A DNA stretch of 64,000 nucleotides, taken from positions 1,608 to 65,607 of the forward strand of contig PIVJ01000004.1 in assembly GCA_003353955.1 (NCBI GenBank), read 5' to 3'. Within the stretch, counting starts at the first letter, position 1, and every line of letters begins with the position of its first letter. Shown one piece after another: positions 1 to 10,868 of this stretch. This DNA is from Bacteroidota bacterium (GTDB lineage: Bacteria > Bacteroidota > Bacteroidia > Bacteroidales > GCA-2711565). A model generated the notes under the pieces. The model saw nothing but the letters and a program-made list of their open reading frames with translations. It did no database searches and was not told the DNA's origin. Position numbers and translations under genes: made by a program.

Positions 1-1
1 G

Positions 2-829
2 AAATTAGACGAATTTAAGAGTTCGGTTATTAATCGGCTGAGTATAGGAGTTCAATCATTTTTTGATGAAGACTTGCATTATCTTAACCGCATACATGAT
101 TCCAAACAGGCCATTAATTCTATCAGGTGGGCATTAGATAGTGGTTTTTCAAACTTAAGCATTGACCTTATTTATGGAATCCCAACCTTGAGTTTAGAAA
201 ACTGGAAAAAAAACCTAGAGCTGTTTTTCGAACTAAACATTCCCCATTTATCTTCTTATGCCCTAACCATTGAGCCCAAAACGCCATTAAAACACTTGAT
301 TGAAAAAAAGAAAATTTCGGCTATCAATGAAAAAGATTTAGTTGCTCATTTTGATCTATTATTGGAACTAACAGAAATGAATGATTTCATTCATTACGAA
401 ATTTCTAACTTTAGTAAAAAGGACTATTACTCAAAGCACAATAGTTTATATTGGCTTGGTAGAAATTATTTAGGCCTGGGGCCATCGGCACATTCATTTA
501 ACGGTTTATCACGTCAATGGAATATTTCCAATTTAACGCAGTATCTGAAACATACAAATTCGAAATCCATAATACAAGAAAGGGAAGTGCTTACTGCGGC
601 GCAAAAATATAACGAATATGTGATGACCTCAATCAGAACGTTATGGGGTTGTGACCTTGAACATATTAACAACGTTTTTGGAAAAACCTTCAGGAATCAT
701 TGCCTAAAGGCATCACAAAAACACATCTTATCAAAACAATTGCTTCTTACTAAAAACGTTTTGTATTTGACCAGTAGCGGGAAAATATTCGCTGACGGAA
801 TTACTGCCGATTTATTTATCAACTCTTAA
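2..829 (+). CDS. hemW: HemW/HemN-family radical SAM protein (haem chaperone / oxygen-independent coproporphyrinogen III oxidase-like), 5' end outside window
   Basis: Frame is open from nt 2 (..NRLSIGVQSFFDEDLHYLNRIH..), so the listed start at 74 is an internal TTG. LSSYALTIEPKTPL and a HemN_C-like tail are family hallmarks. Confidence 0.8.
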   Translation, partial: KLDEFKSSVINRLSIGVQSFFDEDLHYLNRIHDSKQAINSIRWALDSGFSNLSIDLIYGIPTLSLENWKKNLELFFELNIPHLSSYALTIEPKTPLKHLIEKKKISAINEKDLVAHFDLLLELTEMNDFIHYEISNFSKKDYYSKHNSLYWLGRNYLGLGPSAHSFNGLSRQWNISNLTQYLKHTNSKSIIQEREVLTAAQKYNEYVMTSIRTLWGCDLEHINNVFGKTFRNHCLKASQKHILSKQLLLTKNVLYLTSSGKIFADGITADLFINS

Positions 830-1900
830 ATTCTTCAATTTAAATTTCATAAAAACAGGGTTGTGATCTGAATTTTTAAATGCCAGCGGAAAAACATAAT
901 TTTCGACAATCTCAACATTGGGTGAAACAATAAAATAATCGATGGTTGATTTTTTACTCTCGCTATTAAAGGGAGTATTTAATTCCCTGTTGGTAAAACA
1001 TTCTTTGTCAAAAATCCACTTCCAATTATTCGCTATAAAATCCTCAGAAAAAACGAGCATAGAGGTTTGCAACTTGTTTAAATTGCCTTTAAATTTTTCC
1101 TCAAAATCTGGAGGCAATATATTCCAGTCACCACCTGCAATTACGTAATTTCCTTTTGCAAATTCACTTGTCATTGCCCTCTTAATAATAGTTAATTCTT
1201 TTTGTCGCAATGAAGAGTCGTTAACATAGTGTGAGTTGTGGGTGTTAATTAAAACAAGCTCTTTATTATTTTCCAATGAAAATCGAGACAAAATCAAACA
1301 CCTGTCTAATAAAAAAAGCCGTTCGGGCCATTTGGCAAGATTTGGATATGATTTTCGAACAACATCTTTGGGGTAATATTTAGAGAAAGTCATCATTCCC
1401 GCATTAACTTTACCCATTGGGTTAAATACAGGCATTGGTACAAACAGGACCTTATAATTATTTGCATAAACAGCATTGTGTTTATTGAGACTCAGGATTA
1501 ACTTTTCTGATTGGTCAATAAAATAACTTCGCTTTGAGTGCTGATCCACTTCCTGAAAAAACCAAAAGTCAATTGTTGATTGAGATTCAATAAAATCAAT
1601 ATTTTGCTGCGTATATTTTGAGCTAAGAACCTGATTTGCCCTTACCTGCTTTCCCCCATCATAAAAAAAATCCATTTCTTCTCCTAATCCACAATATCCT
1701 AAATTCCAACTGATAATTGAAAACACACTGTCTTCCTGAATTTGTCTTGCATTGGAATTTTTTATTGATAAAAAGGAAACATCAGGCGGTTTGTGATCAT
1801 TAACACTTATTAAGGTGAGAAAAGCGAGTGCTGAAAACAGCATAAAAGCAAGGATAACAACTAGGGGCTTAAACAGATAGAAGAGTATTTTTTTTAACAT
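812..1900 (-). CDS. endonuclease/exonuclease/phosphatase (EEP) family protein with N-terminal membrane anchor
   Basis: IISWNLGY, GGDWN and C-terminal SDHNPVFMKF motifs of the EEP fold. ATG at 1900 is preferred to the listed TTG at 1918. 18-nt convergent overlap with hemW. Confidence 0.75.
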   Translation of the reverse strand: MLKKILFYLFKPLVVILAFMLFSALAFLTLISVNDHKPPDVSFLSIKNSNARQIQEDSVFSIISWNLGYCGLGEEMDFFYDGGKQVRANQVLSSKYTQQNIDFIESQSTIDFWFFQEVDQHSKRSYFIDQSEKLILSLNKHNAVYANNYKVLFVPMPVFNPMGKVNAGMMTFSKYYPKDVVRKSYPNLAKWPERLFLLDRCLILSRFSLENNKELVLINTHNSHYVNDSSLRQKELTIIKRAMTSEFAKGNYVIAGGDWNILPPDFEEKFKGNLNKLQTSMLVFSEDFIANNWKWIFDKECFTNRELNTPFNSESKKSTIDYFIVSPNVEIVENYVFPLAFKNSDHNPVFMKFKLKNLRVDK

Positions 1901-1966
1901 TGGGGCTAAGGTAATCAATAAGTTAAATTTTTATAAATTTGCTGCTGTAAAATTAGCAACAACCTT

Positions 1967-3505
1967 ATGCCAATTCTGGGTTCCATCATTAAAAAAGCTT
2001 ACGAGTTAAGGAATGTTCCTTTTGAGAGAAGAAGTCATGTAGATCCATCAAAGGCACAAAAGAAGGTTCTTTTAAAGCTTTTAAAGAAGGCACAACATAC
2101 TGCTTTTGGCGAACATCATAAATTTCATAAATTATTGAAGCAAGATGATGTTGTGAAAGCTTTTACAGAAAGTGTTCCAATTTCAGATTATAATTTGATG
2201 TTTCGTAAATGGTGGTATCGGTCATTAAATGGAGAGGCTTATGTGAGTTGGCCCGGCAGAGTAAAGTATTTCGCCCTAACTTCTGGAACCTCTGAGGCCT
2301 CAAGTAAGCAAATTCCCGTAACCAGCGAGATGATCAGAGCCATTCGTAAAACGAGTATCAGGCAGCTCGTATCAACTGTTAGGTATGATTTTCCGATTGA
2401 ATTTTACCAAAAGGGAATGTTGATGATTGGAGGAAGCACGCATCTTAATTATAACGGGACTTATTACGAAGGAGATCTTTCGGGGATTCAGGCTGGAAAT
2501 ATTCCCTTTTGGTTTCAGCATTTTTATAAACCGGGAAAGCGAATTTCAAAAGAGCATGATTGGAGTACTAAACTTGAAGAAATAACAAAAAAAGCAAAAG
2601 ATTGGGATATTGGAGTAATTGTAGGTGTGCCTGCATGGATACAAGTTATTTTGGAAAGAATAATCAGGCACTATAATCTTGATACCATTCATGATATTTG
2701 GCCCAATCTTAAAATTTATGTTCATAGCGGAGTTTCATTTGAACCCTATGCCAAAAGTTTTGAAAAGCTATTCTCAAAACCCATTTTTTACAATGAATCA
2801 TATTTGGCCTCCGAGGGTTATATTGGATATCAAAACCGCATTGGTGTTAAGGGTATGCAAATGGTATTAGATAGTGGCTTGTTTTATGAATTTGTACCTT
2901 TCAATGAAGACAATTTCGACTACGAGGGTAACATTAAAAGTAATCCACAAACATTAACAATCGGAGAGGTTGAAGATGGAAAGGAATATGCATTATTACT
3001 ATCAACTTGTGCCGGAGCTTGGAGATACCTGATTGGAGATACAATTAAATTTACGTCAATAGCACTTCAAGAAATTGTTGTTACCGGACGTACGAAACAT
3101 TTTTTAAGTATTTGCGGAGAGCATTTATCGCAAGAAAACATGAACCGCGCTGTAAAAATGTTGGCTGATGATTTAAATATTAATATAAATGAATTTACAG
3201 TTTCCGGAATTCGTCACGATTCAATGTTTGCTCATAAATGGTTTTTTGGAACAAATGATGATTTAGATCCAGGTATTGCAAAAAATAAGATTGATGAAAA
3301 TCTGAAAAAATTAAATGACGATTATCGGGTTGAGCGACTTGAAGCAATTAAGGAGATCTTTGTTGAAGTTCTTCCATTAAAAACGTTCCAGCATTGGATG
3401 AAAATTCATGGTAAAGAAGGAGGAGCAAACAAATTTCCGCGAGTTTTAAAAAATGAACAGTTAATTAAATGGGAAGAATATTTGGTAACTCAATCTAATA
3501 AATAA
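1967..3505 (+). CDS. GH3 auxin-responsive-promoter family protein (acyl-adenylate-forming superfamily)
   Basis: FALTSGTSEASSKQIPVT adenylation-type motif; the 512-aa length and overall pattern are typical of bacterial GH3-family proteins common in Bacteroidota. Confidence 0.8.
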   Translation: MPILGSIIKKAYELRNVPFERRSHVDPSKAQKKVLLKLLKKAQHTAFGEHHKFHKLLKQDDVVKAFTESVPISDYNLMFRKWWYRSLNGEAYVSWPGRVKYFALTSGTSEASSKQIPVTSEMIRAIRKTSIRQLVSTVRYDFPIEFYQKGMLMIGGSTHLNYNGTYYEGDLSGIQAGNIPFWFQHFYKPGKRISKEHDWSTKLEEITKKAKDWDIGVIVGVPAWIQVILERIIRHYNLDTIHDIWPNLKIYVHSGVSFEPYAKSFEKLFSKPIFYNESYLASEGYIGYQNRIGVKGMQMVLDSGLFYEFVPFNEDNFDYEGNIKSNPQTLTIGEVEDGKEYALLLSTCAGAWRYLIGDTIKFTSIALQEIVVTGRTKHFLSICGEHLSQENMNRAVKMLADDLNININEFTVSGIRHDSMFAHKWFFGTNDDLDPGIAKNKIDENLKKLNDDYRVERLEAIKEIFVEVLPLKTFQHWMKIHGKEGGANKFPRVLKNEQLIKWEEYLVTQSNK

Positions 3506-3507
3506 CT

Positions 3508-4140
3508 ATGGGGCCTTTAATCGAAGGAATAATACTAGGCTTAACACTTGCCATTTTTTTTGGATTTGGTCCTGCCTTGTTCGCCTTGTTACAAACAACT
3601 ATTCATAGGGGGTTTTTTCCCGGACTACTATTGGCAATCGGTATTTTTTTAAGCGATTTAGTGTTGGTTGGTTTATGTTTTGTAGGGGCAATACAAATTA
3701 TTAGCAAACCTGAAAATAACTTAGTGTTTTCCATTATTAGTGGCGCCATATTGATTATTTTTGGTATTATAACCTACACCCGAAAAGTTCAGCTTGGCAA
3801 TAATAATGATTCCGAAACCAAGGTAAAAAAACCCTGGTCAGGTACTTATATTTTTAAAGGGTTTTTTCTCAATATTGCCAATCCATTTGTTTGGATATTT
3901 TGGATGGGTGTTGTAGTTGGAATCACGGCAAATTATGAGGCCAATGTCAACTCAATGTTTATATTTTTTTCAGCAACGCTTTTAACTGTGTTGTTAACAG
4001 ATATTTCGAAGTGCTTTGCCTCCTATAAAATTAAGAAATTACTTACGCCTAAAATTATGCTTTGGATTAATCGTGCTGCTGGTGTTGGATTGTTTTTATT
4101 TGGAATGTTCTTAATATCCAAAGCTTTTGTAACTTTTTAA
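3508..4140 (+). CDS. LysE/RhtB family amino-acid exporter
   Basis: 210 aa with about six hydrophobic helices. N-terminal GLTLAIFFGFGPALFALL pattern typical of the LysE family. Confidence 0.7.
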   Translation: MGPLIEGIILGLTLAIFFGFGPALFALLQTTIHRGFFPGLLLAIGIFLSDLVLVGLCFVGAIQIISKPENNLVFSIISGAILIIFGIITYTRKVQLGNNNDSETKVKKPWSGTYIFKGFFLNIANPFVWIFWMGVVVGITANYEANVNSMFIFFSATLLTVLLTDISKCFASYKIKKLLTPKIMLWINRAAGVGLFLFGMFLISKAFVTF

Positions 4141-4141
4141 A

Positions 4142-5887
4142 CTAGAGTTTGGTTCTTATATCCTTGATATTTAGTTGAAGGTTCACCTTCCCATTCCATT
4201 CATTTTCCTCTAAATGATAACAGATGTCGAAAGGTAAACCCTTGCTGATGTGCTCATAGTATTCGCCTTGCTGAAATGCAATTCCCGGAAATGGTAATCC
4301 GGATATGCTGGGATGGATTACATTTAATTTAAGATGATTGTGCCCAACAATTTTTGAAAAACCAGCATCAATAACCTCTTCAGCCTTAAATATCGGCGAC
4401 ATGTTTCCCGGACCAAAGGGAGCGAATTGTTTTAATATTCGAAAGAATTTATAATTTATTTTATTGAGATTTAATAAATCATCAATTTCAATTTCGGGTA
4501 CCATCATTTCTTCACTTATATTATCCTGAGCATATTTTTCAAACTTTTTGGTGAATGCTTCTAAATTCTCAGGCTTTAATGATAGACCTGCTGCATATTT
4601 ATGCCCACCAAAATGCTCTAATAATTCATTACAGTGATCAATTGCATCATAAACATCAAAGTTTTTAACCGAACGGGCAGAGCCGGTAATCAGTCCGCCA
4701 GATTTAGTAAAAACAATGGTAGGTCGATAATAATTTTCGGTTAATCGGGATGCAACAATGCCGATGATTCCTTTATGCCACTCGGAATTATAAACAATCG
4801 TACTCTTACTGTTAAGAAGATTCACACTGGATTTAATCATATTAAGCGCCTGTTCAGTAGCAGTGTGATCAAGTTCACGACGCTCCGTATTTAATAAGTC
4901 TATTTTTTCACCTAATTCTCTGGCATATTTTTCATTATCGGATATTAACAATTCTACAGAGTTTTTGGCATGTTTTATTCTTCCTGCTGCATTTATTCGG
5001 GGACCGACCAAAAAAACCAGATCACTGATAGTTAACTCGCGATTAAAGAATTGATTGGCATCAACATTATTTGTTTTAACAACATTGCTATATTTAAGAA
5101 TAGCTTCAACTCCCGGGCGGGGAAAATAATTAATTTGCTTTAATCCATAATATGCAAGTGTTCTGTTTTCGCCGATAACCGGAACAATATCTGCGGCAAT
5201 ACTAATGGCTACAAAATCTAATAAATCAAAAATATCAGTTGGTGATACATTGTTTTTTTCTTCAAAAGCCTGAACCAGCTTAAATCCAACCCCACAGCCA
5301 GAAAGCTCATCAAAGGGATAATCACAATCTGTTCTCTTAGGATCTAGTATCGCAACCGCAGCTGGTATTTTATCTCCGGGCCGATGGTGATCACAGATTA
5401 TAAATTCAACATTCTTTCCTTTAGCATAGTTTATTTTATCAACTGCCTTTATCCCACAATCCAAAGCGATGACCAGCGTATACTCATTTTGGCTGGCAAA
5501 ATCTATCCCTTGCTCAGAAATTCCATATCCTTCTGAATAACGATCGGGAATATAAAAACCGATATTATCATAAAACGATTTTATGTAAGTAAAAATAAGA
5601 GCTACTGAAGTAGTTCCATCAACGTCATAATCACCATAAATCAAAATTTTCTCATTGTCCGAAATAGCTTTTTCTATACGATCAACTGCTTTATCCATGT
5701 CCTTCATTAAAAAAGGATTGTGAAGGTGGGAAAGCTGGGGGCGGAAAAAATTTTTAGATTCTTCGTAGGTATAAACTCCTCTTTGAACGAGCAAATTAGC
5801 GATGTTCTTATCTATATTTAATTCCTGAGATAAATTTGCTACTTTATCTGAATCTCCCTTTTCTTTTATTACCCAGTGTTTATCCAT
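4142..5887 (-). CDS. recJ: single-stranded-DNA-specific exonuclease RecJ
   Basis: DHH-family motifs ILIYGDYDVDGTTS, ALDCG and ICDHHRP, plus DHHA1 GGHKYAAG. ATG at 5887 (MDKHWVIKEKG) is preferred to the listed TTG at 5917. Confidence 0.9.
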   Translation of the reverse strand: MDKHWVIKEKGDSDKVANLSQELNIDKNIANLLVQRGVYTYEESKNFFRPQLSHLHNPFLMKDMDKAVDRIEKAISDNEKILIYGDYDVDGTTSVALIFTYIKSFYDNIGFYIPDRYSEGYGISEQGIDFASQNEYTLVIALDCGIKAVDKINYAKGKNVEFIICDHHRPGDKIPAAVAILDPKRTDCDYPFDELSGCGVGFKLVQAFEEKNNVSPTDIFDLLDFVAISIAADIVPVIGENRTLAYYGLKQINYFPRPGVEAILKYSNVVKTNNVDANQFFNRELTISDLVFLVGPRINAAGRIKHAKNSVELLISDNEKYARELGEKIDLLNTERRELDHTATEQALNMIKSSVNLLNSKSTIVYNSEWHKGIIGIVASRLTENYYRPTIVFTKSGGLITGSARSVKNFDVYDAIDHCNELLEHFGGHKYAAGLSLKPENLEAFTKKFEKYAQDNISEEMMVPEIEIDDLLNLNKINYKFFRILKQFAPFGPGNMSPIFKAEEVIDAGFSKIVGHNHLKLNVIHPSISGLPFPGIAFQQGEYYEHISKGLPFDICYHLEENEWNGKVNLQLNIKDIRTKL

Positions 5888-5932
5888 TGATTTATTTCTG
5901 AAATATGAATGTAGCAATTTAGTCCCTGGTGT

Positions 5933-7177
5933 TTAAAAAGTAGAGCGCATAGCTTCAACGGGATTAAGTTTTGAAGCTTTAAATGCAGGAACAATTCCGG
6001 ATACCAAGCCTATTAGTCCTGATACTCCAACTCCTAAAGCAATATTGCCCTTTGTTAATACAAGCTCAAATGCAAGTCCTTGTGTATTAACCATAACTAC
6101 TAATAATAAAATAATTAATAGTCCGGCTATTCCGCCGAGAATAGATAAGAATATTGCCTCAAATAAAAACTGAAGCATAATAAAATAATTTTTTGCTCCT
6201 AATGATTTTTGAATTCCTATTTGGCTGGTTCTTTCTTTAACCGAAACAAACATAATATTTGCTATACCGAAACCCCCGACAAGTAACGAAAACCCACCGA
6301 TTATCCAACCCACAACACCAATAGCATCAAACATGCTATCAAATTGCCTCGATATTAAATCGGTTTCATTAATTGCAAAATCGTCATCAACCGATGGTTT
6401 TAGCTTATGAATAGACCTAATAATTCCACGTAATTCATCACTCATTTCTTCATTGGTAATAAAGGGTTTTCCTTTTACTATAATATTTGTAGAGATGTTT
6501 CGAAGATTAACCACTTTTCTGGCAAAATTTATTGGAATTAGTAATTTATCATCTGAAGTATCTCCAAAAATATTCTCGCCTTCTTTAATCACAATTCCAA
6601 TTACCTCCAAATTCCTACCAAAAATTTTAATCCTTCGTCCAATCGGGTCAAGGTTGTCAAATAATTTATCGGCAATATCACTACCGATAATTACCACAGC
6701 ACCTCCCCCGTTAGATTCCAGGGTAGTAAAATACCTGCCGTCTGCCAAATCAAATTTCATCACATTATTATATTCATGTGTGCTGGCAATTATAGTCGCA
6801 TTATCAATATGATTATTTTGAAATTTTACTGTGCGCCTGACACCAATCATAAAAGCTGCCGACTCAATAGTGATACTCTTTCTTTGAATTTCTGCTAATT
6901 CCTGTAATTTAGGTTCAGGTCTTTTTATATATTCCCACCAGGGACTACTTCCATCCATAACCCATGGCCATTTTGCAACAAATAACACATTATTACCCAG
7001 CGAATCTATGGTTTTATGAACGGATCTTTCCATTGAATCGAAAACAGTAAATACAGATATAACTGAAAATATCCCAATGGAAATTCCTAAAAGTGATAAA
7101 AGCGTACGGGTTTTGTTCGTTGTTATTGCCTGAATAGCAAACAAATAACTCTCCCTTATTAACCTAATGATAATCAT
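5933..7177 (-). CDS. ABC transporter permease, MacB/FtsX-like
   Basis: N-terminal TM helix, a large extracytoplasmic MacB-type domain, then three C-terminal FtsX helices (..GIQKSLGAKN..). Confidence 0.8.
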   Translation of the reverse strand: MIIIRLIRESYLFAIQAITTNKTRTLLSLLGISIGIFSVISVFTVFDSMERSVHKTIDSLGNNVLFVAKWPWVMDGSSPWWEYIKRPEPKLQELAEIQRKSITIESAAFMIGVRRTVKFQNNHIDNATIIASTHEYNNVMKFDLADGRYFTTLESNGGGAVVIIGSDIADKLFDNLDPIGRRIKIFGRNLEVIGIVIKEGENIFGDTSDDKLLIPINFARKVVNLRNISTNIIVKGKPFITNEEMSDELRGIIRSIHKLKPSVDDDFAINETDLISRQFDSMFDAIGVVGWIIGGFSLLVGGFGIANIMFVSVKERTSQIGIQKSLGAKNYFIMLQFLFEAIFLSILGGIAGLLIILLLVVMVNTQGLAFELVLTKGNIALGVGVSGLIGLVSGIVPAFKASKLNPVEAMRSTF

Positions 7178-7434
7178 ACTCTAATTTTTTATATCTCTGT
7201 AAATGCATAATTAGGGCAGTGTCCAGAAATAATCAAAGATAATATAAAAATTAGTGGAAATATTATTTCTTAAAGTGTATTGCAATTTTTAAAACAGTAT
7301 TTGTATAATTTGCGCTTAACACTTTTTAGCTGAATGATAAAGATTAGATTTATCATAAAAATATTAGATAAATAAATTGTTTATTGAATTGATTTTTAAT
7401 AAAATTGCACCTCAACTTAAAAACTCCTAACACA

Positions 7435-8949
7435 TTGAAAAAGATAAAGAATGCTTTAATTTCTGTTTACAATAAGAATGGCCTGGATGAAATAATTAAT
7501 CGTTTGCATCAGCTCAACATTAATATTTACTCAACGGGGGGAACCTTTGATTTTATACAGCGCCTTGGTGTGCCTGCCACAACTGTTGAATCTTTAACAT
7601 CTTACCCTTCAATTCTTGGGGGGAGAGTTAAAACATTACACCCAAAAGTATTTGGAGGTATTCTTGGAAGAAGAGACGAAGAGGACGATCGACAGCAAAT
7701 GACGGAGTATGAAATCCCAGAGATTGATTTGGTAATTGTGGATCTTTATCCCTTTGAAGAGACGCTTGCTTCGGGTGCCAATGAGCAAGAAATTATTGAA
7801 AAAATTGATATTGGAGGAATTTCTCTTATTCGTGCCGCTGCAAAGAATTATATAGATGTTCTTATAGTGGCCAGCTGTACGTATTACGATACCCTTTTAA
7901 GATTATTAGATACCCATGAAGGAGCAAGCGACCTGAAAGACAGAAAACACTTTGCTTCCCACGCATTTAATGTTTCTTCTCATTATGACACTGCGATTTT
8001 TAAGCACTTTAATGATGATGAATTTACAACCTTTAAACAAAGTGTTTCGGATCGGAAAAGTCTCAGATATGGGGAGAACCCACATCAAAAAGGTTATTAT
8101 TTTGGGAATTTAGATGAGGTCTTTGAACAGCTTCATGGTAAGAAAATTTCGTACAATAATTTGATTGATTTGGATGCGGCTGTTAATCTAATTAATGAAT
8201 TTGAAGAACCCACATTTGCTATTCTTAAGCATAATAATGCCTGTGGAATAGCCAGTCGGGAATCACTAATTTCCGCATGGAAAGATGCTTTGGCTAGTGA
8301 CCCAATATCTGCATTCGGTGGTGTTTTAATAACCAACCGATTGGTAGATGTTATTTGTGCAGAAGAAATAAATAAATTATTTTGTGAAATTATACTTGCA
8401 CCTAAGTATGAAAATAATGCACTGGAAATACTTAAATCTAAAAAAAATAGAATAGTTTTGCAGATGAAAGCGTTTGATTTTCCAGAAGTACAGTTTAGAT
8501 CGGCATTAAATGGCGTTTTAGTTCAGGAAAAAGACTTCAAAACAGAAATTGTTGATGATTTTAAAACGGTAACTATTGCAAGTCCATCAAAGACAGAGGT
8601 GGAAGATTTAATTTTTGCCAATAAAATTGTTAAGCATACGAAATCGAACACTATCGTTCTTGCCAAGAACAAACAACTTATAGCAACTGGGGTTGGTCAA
8701 ACATCTCGGGTAGATGCCTTAAAACAGGCCATACAAAAAGCAGAATTGTTTGGCTTTGAATTAAGAGGGGCGGTGATGGCTTCGGATGCATTTCTTCCAT
8801 TTGCTGATTCAGTAAAAATTGCATATAAAGTTGGAATTACCGCCGTTGTACAACCTGGAGGTTCGGTGAGGGATAAGGACAGCATCGAGTATTGTAACGA
8901 AAATAAAATGTCGATGGTATTTACAGGTGTGCGGCATTTTAAACATTAA
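7435..8949 (+). CDS. purH: bifunctional AICAR transformylase / IMP cyclohydrolase
   Basis: ALISVYNKNGL, STGGT, GRVKTLHPK, LRYGENPHQ and YNNLIDLDAA motifs. No in-frame ATG; the start is TTG at 7435 or the listed TTG at 7405. Confidence 0.9.
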   Translation: MKKIKNALISVYNKNGLDEIINRLHQLNINIYSTGGTFDFIQRLGVPATTVESLTSYPSILGGRVKTLHPKVFGGILGRRDEEDDRQQMTEYEIPEIDLVIVDLYPFEETLASGANEQEIIEKIDIGGISLIRAAAKNYIDVLIVASCTYYDTLLRLLDTHEGASDLKDRKHFASHAFNVSSHYDTAIFKHFNDDEFTTFKQSVSDRKSLRYGENPHQKGYYFGNLDEVFEQLHGKKISYNNLIDLDAAVNLINEFEEPTFAILKHNNACGIASRESLISAWKDALASDPISAFGGVLITNRLVDVICAEEINKLFCEIILAPKYENNALEILKSKKNRIVLQMKAFDFPEVQFRSALNGVLVQEKDFKTEIVDDFKTVTIASPSKTEVEDLIFANKIVKHTKSNTIVLAKNKQLIATGVGQTSRVDALKQAIQKAELFGFELRGAVMASDAFLPFADSVKIAYKVGITAVVQPGGSVRDKDSIEYCNENKMSMVFTGVRHFKH

Positions 8950-8991
8950 ATAAGGATTGAATTTTTCTGCATTATACAAAACAAGACAACT

Positions 8992-10014
8992 ATGGGCTTA
9001 TTTGCTTTTTTAACCAAAGAAATTGCGATTGATCTGGGTACGGCAAACACAATTATTATTTTTAATGATAAGGTTGTTGTTGACGAACCCTCAATTGTGG
9101 CACTTGAAAGAAATTCTGGAAAAATTATTGCAGTTGGGAAAAAGGCAATGATGATGCACGGAAAAACCCATGAAAACATTAAAACCGTCAGGCCCTTAAG
9201 AGATGGGGTTATTGCTGATTTTCAATCTGCAGAATACATGATCCGGGAGTTTATTAAAATGATTAATACCGGAAACTCTCTTTTTCCACCCACCCTAAAA
9301 ATGGTTATTTGTATTCCCTCGGGTATCACAGAAGTTGAAGAACGCGCAGTAAAAGATTCGGCAGAACAGGCTGGAGCTAAGGATGTTAAGCTTATTCATG
9401 AGCCAATGGCTGCCGCGATTGGAATCGGTATAGACGTATTGGAACCAACGGGCAATATGGTTATTGATATTGGAGGTGGCACCAGCGAAATAGCTGTAAT
9501 TGCTCTCGGTGGAATTGTTAACAACAAATCAATACGAATTGCCGGCGATGATTTTAATTCAGACATTGAAGAATATATGCGCAAACAACACAATATTATT
9601 ATTGGGGAACGTACCGCTGAAAGAATTAAAATTGAAGTTGGTGCTGCATTGCCAGATATTGACAACGTACCGGATGACTATGCTGTTCACGGAAGAGATA
9701 TGCTAACGGGAATTCCTAAGGAGATTATGGTAAATTCAGCAGAAATTGCTAGAACCCTTGATAAATCAATATCCAAAATTGAAGCCGCTGTATTAAATGC
9801 GTTGGAAATGACTCCGCCGGAATTATCAGCAGACATATATCGTACGGGAATTTATTTGGCCGGTGGTGGCTCGATGCTACGGGGGCTTGACAAGCGTCTT
9901 CACATAAAAACAAAACTTTCGATACACGTTGCCGAAGACCCATTAAGGGCAGTTGCCAGAGGAACAGGCATTGCTTTGAAAAATTTTGATAAATTTACCT
10001 TCCTGATTAAGTAG
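8992..10014 (+). CDS. mreB: rod shape-determining actin homologue MreB
   Basis: IDLGTANT and DIGGGTSE phosphate-binding motifs; followed by mreC and mreD. Confidence 0.95.
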   Translation: MGLFAFLTKEIAIDLGTANTIIIFNDKVVVDEPSIVALERNSGKIIAVGKKAMMMHGKTHENIKTVRPLRDGVIADFQSAEYMIREFIKMINTGNSLFPPTLKMVICIPSGITEVEERAVKDSAEQAGAKDVKLIHEPMAAAIGIGIDVLEPTGNMVIDIGGGTSEIAVIALGGIVNNKSIRIAGDDFNSDIEEYMRKQHNIIIGERTAERIKIEVGAALPDIDNVPDDYAVHGRDMLTGIPKEIMVNSAEIARTLDKSISKIEAAVLNALEMTPPELSADIYRTGIYLAGGGSMLRGLDKRLHIKTKLSIHVAEDPLRAVARGTGIALKNFDKFTFLIK

Positions 10015-10061
10015 TCGGGTGGAGGGTATTTAGCCGAATTTTTAATTCTTATTAAACTATA

Positions 10062-10868
10062 ATGCGATACTTTTTTGCTTTTCTTAAGAAGTACAATGTC
10101 TTTTTCCTGTTTGTAATACTGGAAACAATTGCATTTATTTTAATGGCCAATAGTCAAAATTATCATGGTTCTATAATAATAAAATCTACAAGTCAATTTT
10201 CAGGTTCTTTAAATTTGGCATATACCAATATGGCTGATTACTTCGGGCTAAAGAAAATTAATGAATCTTTGATGCACGAGAACGCGAATTTGAAAAACTC
10301 ACCAATCTATATTGCAATATCTGACTCAGTAAATACTAAAGAGCCATATAATTATATTGGGGCACGGGTTGTTTTAAACTCTACACATAAACCAAGTAAT
10401 TACTTAATGCTCAACAAGGGCATTAAAGATGATATTAAAATAGATATGGGTGTGGTGAGTGAAAATGGTATCGTAGGTACAGTAATCGAAGTTTCAGAAA
10501 ATTACTGTTTGGTGATGTCTGTTCTGAACGAGAATAGTAAAATAAGTGCTAAAATAAAAAAGAATAATCAGTTGGTAAACATAGTTTGGAATAAAATTGA
10601 TTATATGAGGGGAGTATTGACAGACATTCCTACCCATCTTCAATTACTTTATGGCGACTCAATTATTACTTCGGGCTATTCATTGGTTTATCCGGAAGGA
10701 ATTCTTATAGGAACAATTGAGAGTTATAATAATGTTCCGGGTAAAAGTTTAAATACTGCCATTATTAAATTTGCCAGTGATTTTAACAGCCTGATTTTTG
10801 TATATATAATCAGTAGTCTTCAAAAAGAAGAGCAATTAAAACTAATTGAGGGTATTGAAAATGAATAA
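10062..10868 (+). CDS. mreC: rod shape-determining protein MreC
   Basis: N-terminal TM helix, a coiled segment and beta-rich domains (GIVGTVIEVSENY). Sits between mreB and mreD. Confidence 0.8.
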   Translation: MRYFFAFLKKYNVFFLFVILETIAFILMANSQNYHGSIIIKSTSQFSGSLNLAYTNMADYFGLKKINESLMHENANLKNSPIYIAISDSVNTKEPYNYIGARVVLNSTHKPSNYLMLNKGIKDDIKIDMGVVSENGIVGTVIEVSENYCLVMSVLNENSKISAKIKKNNQLVNIVWNKIDYMRGVLTDIPTHLQLLYGDSIITSGYSLVYPEGILIGTIESYNNVPGKSLNTAIIKFASDFNSLIFVYIISSLQKEEQLKLIEGIENE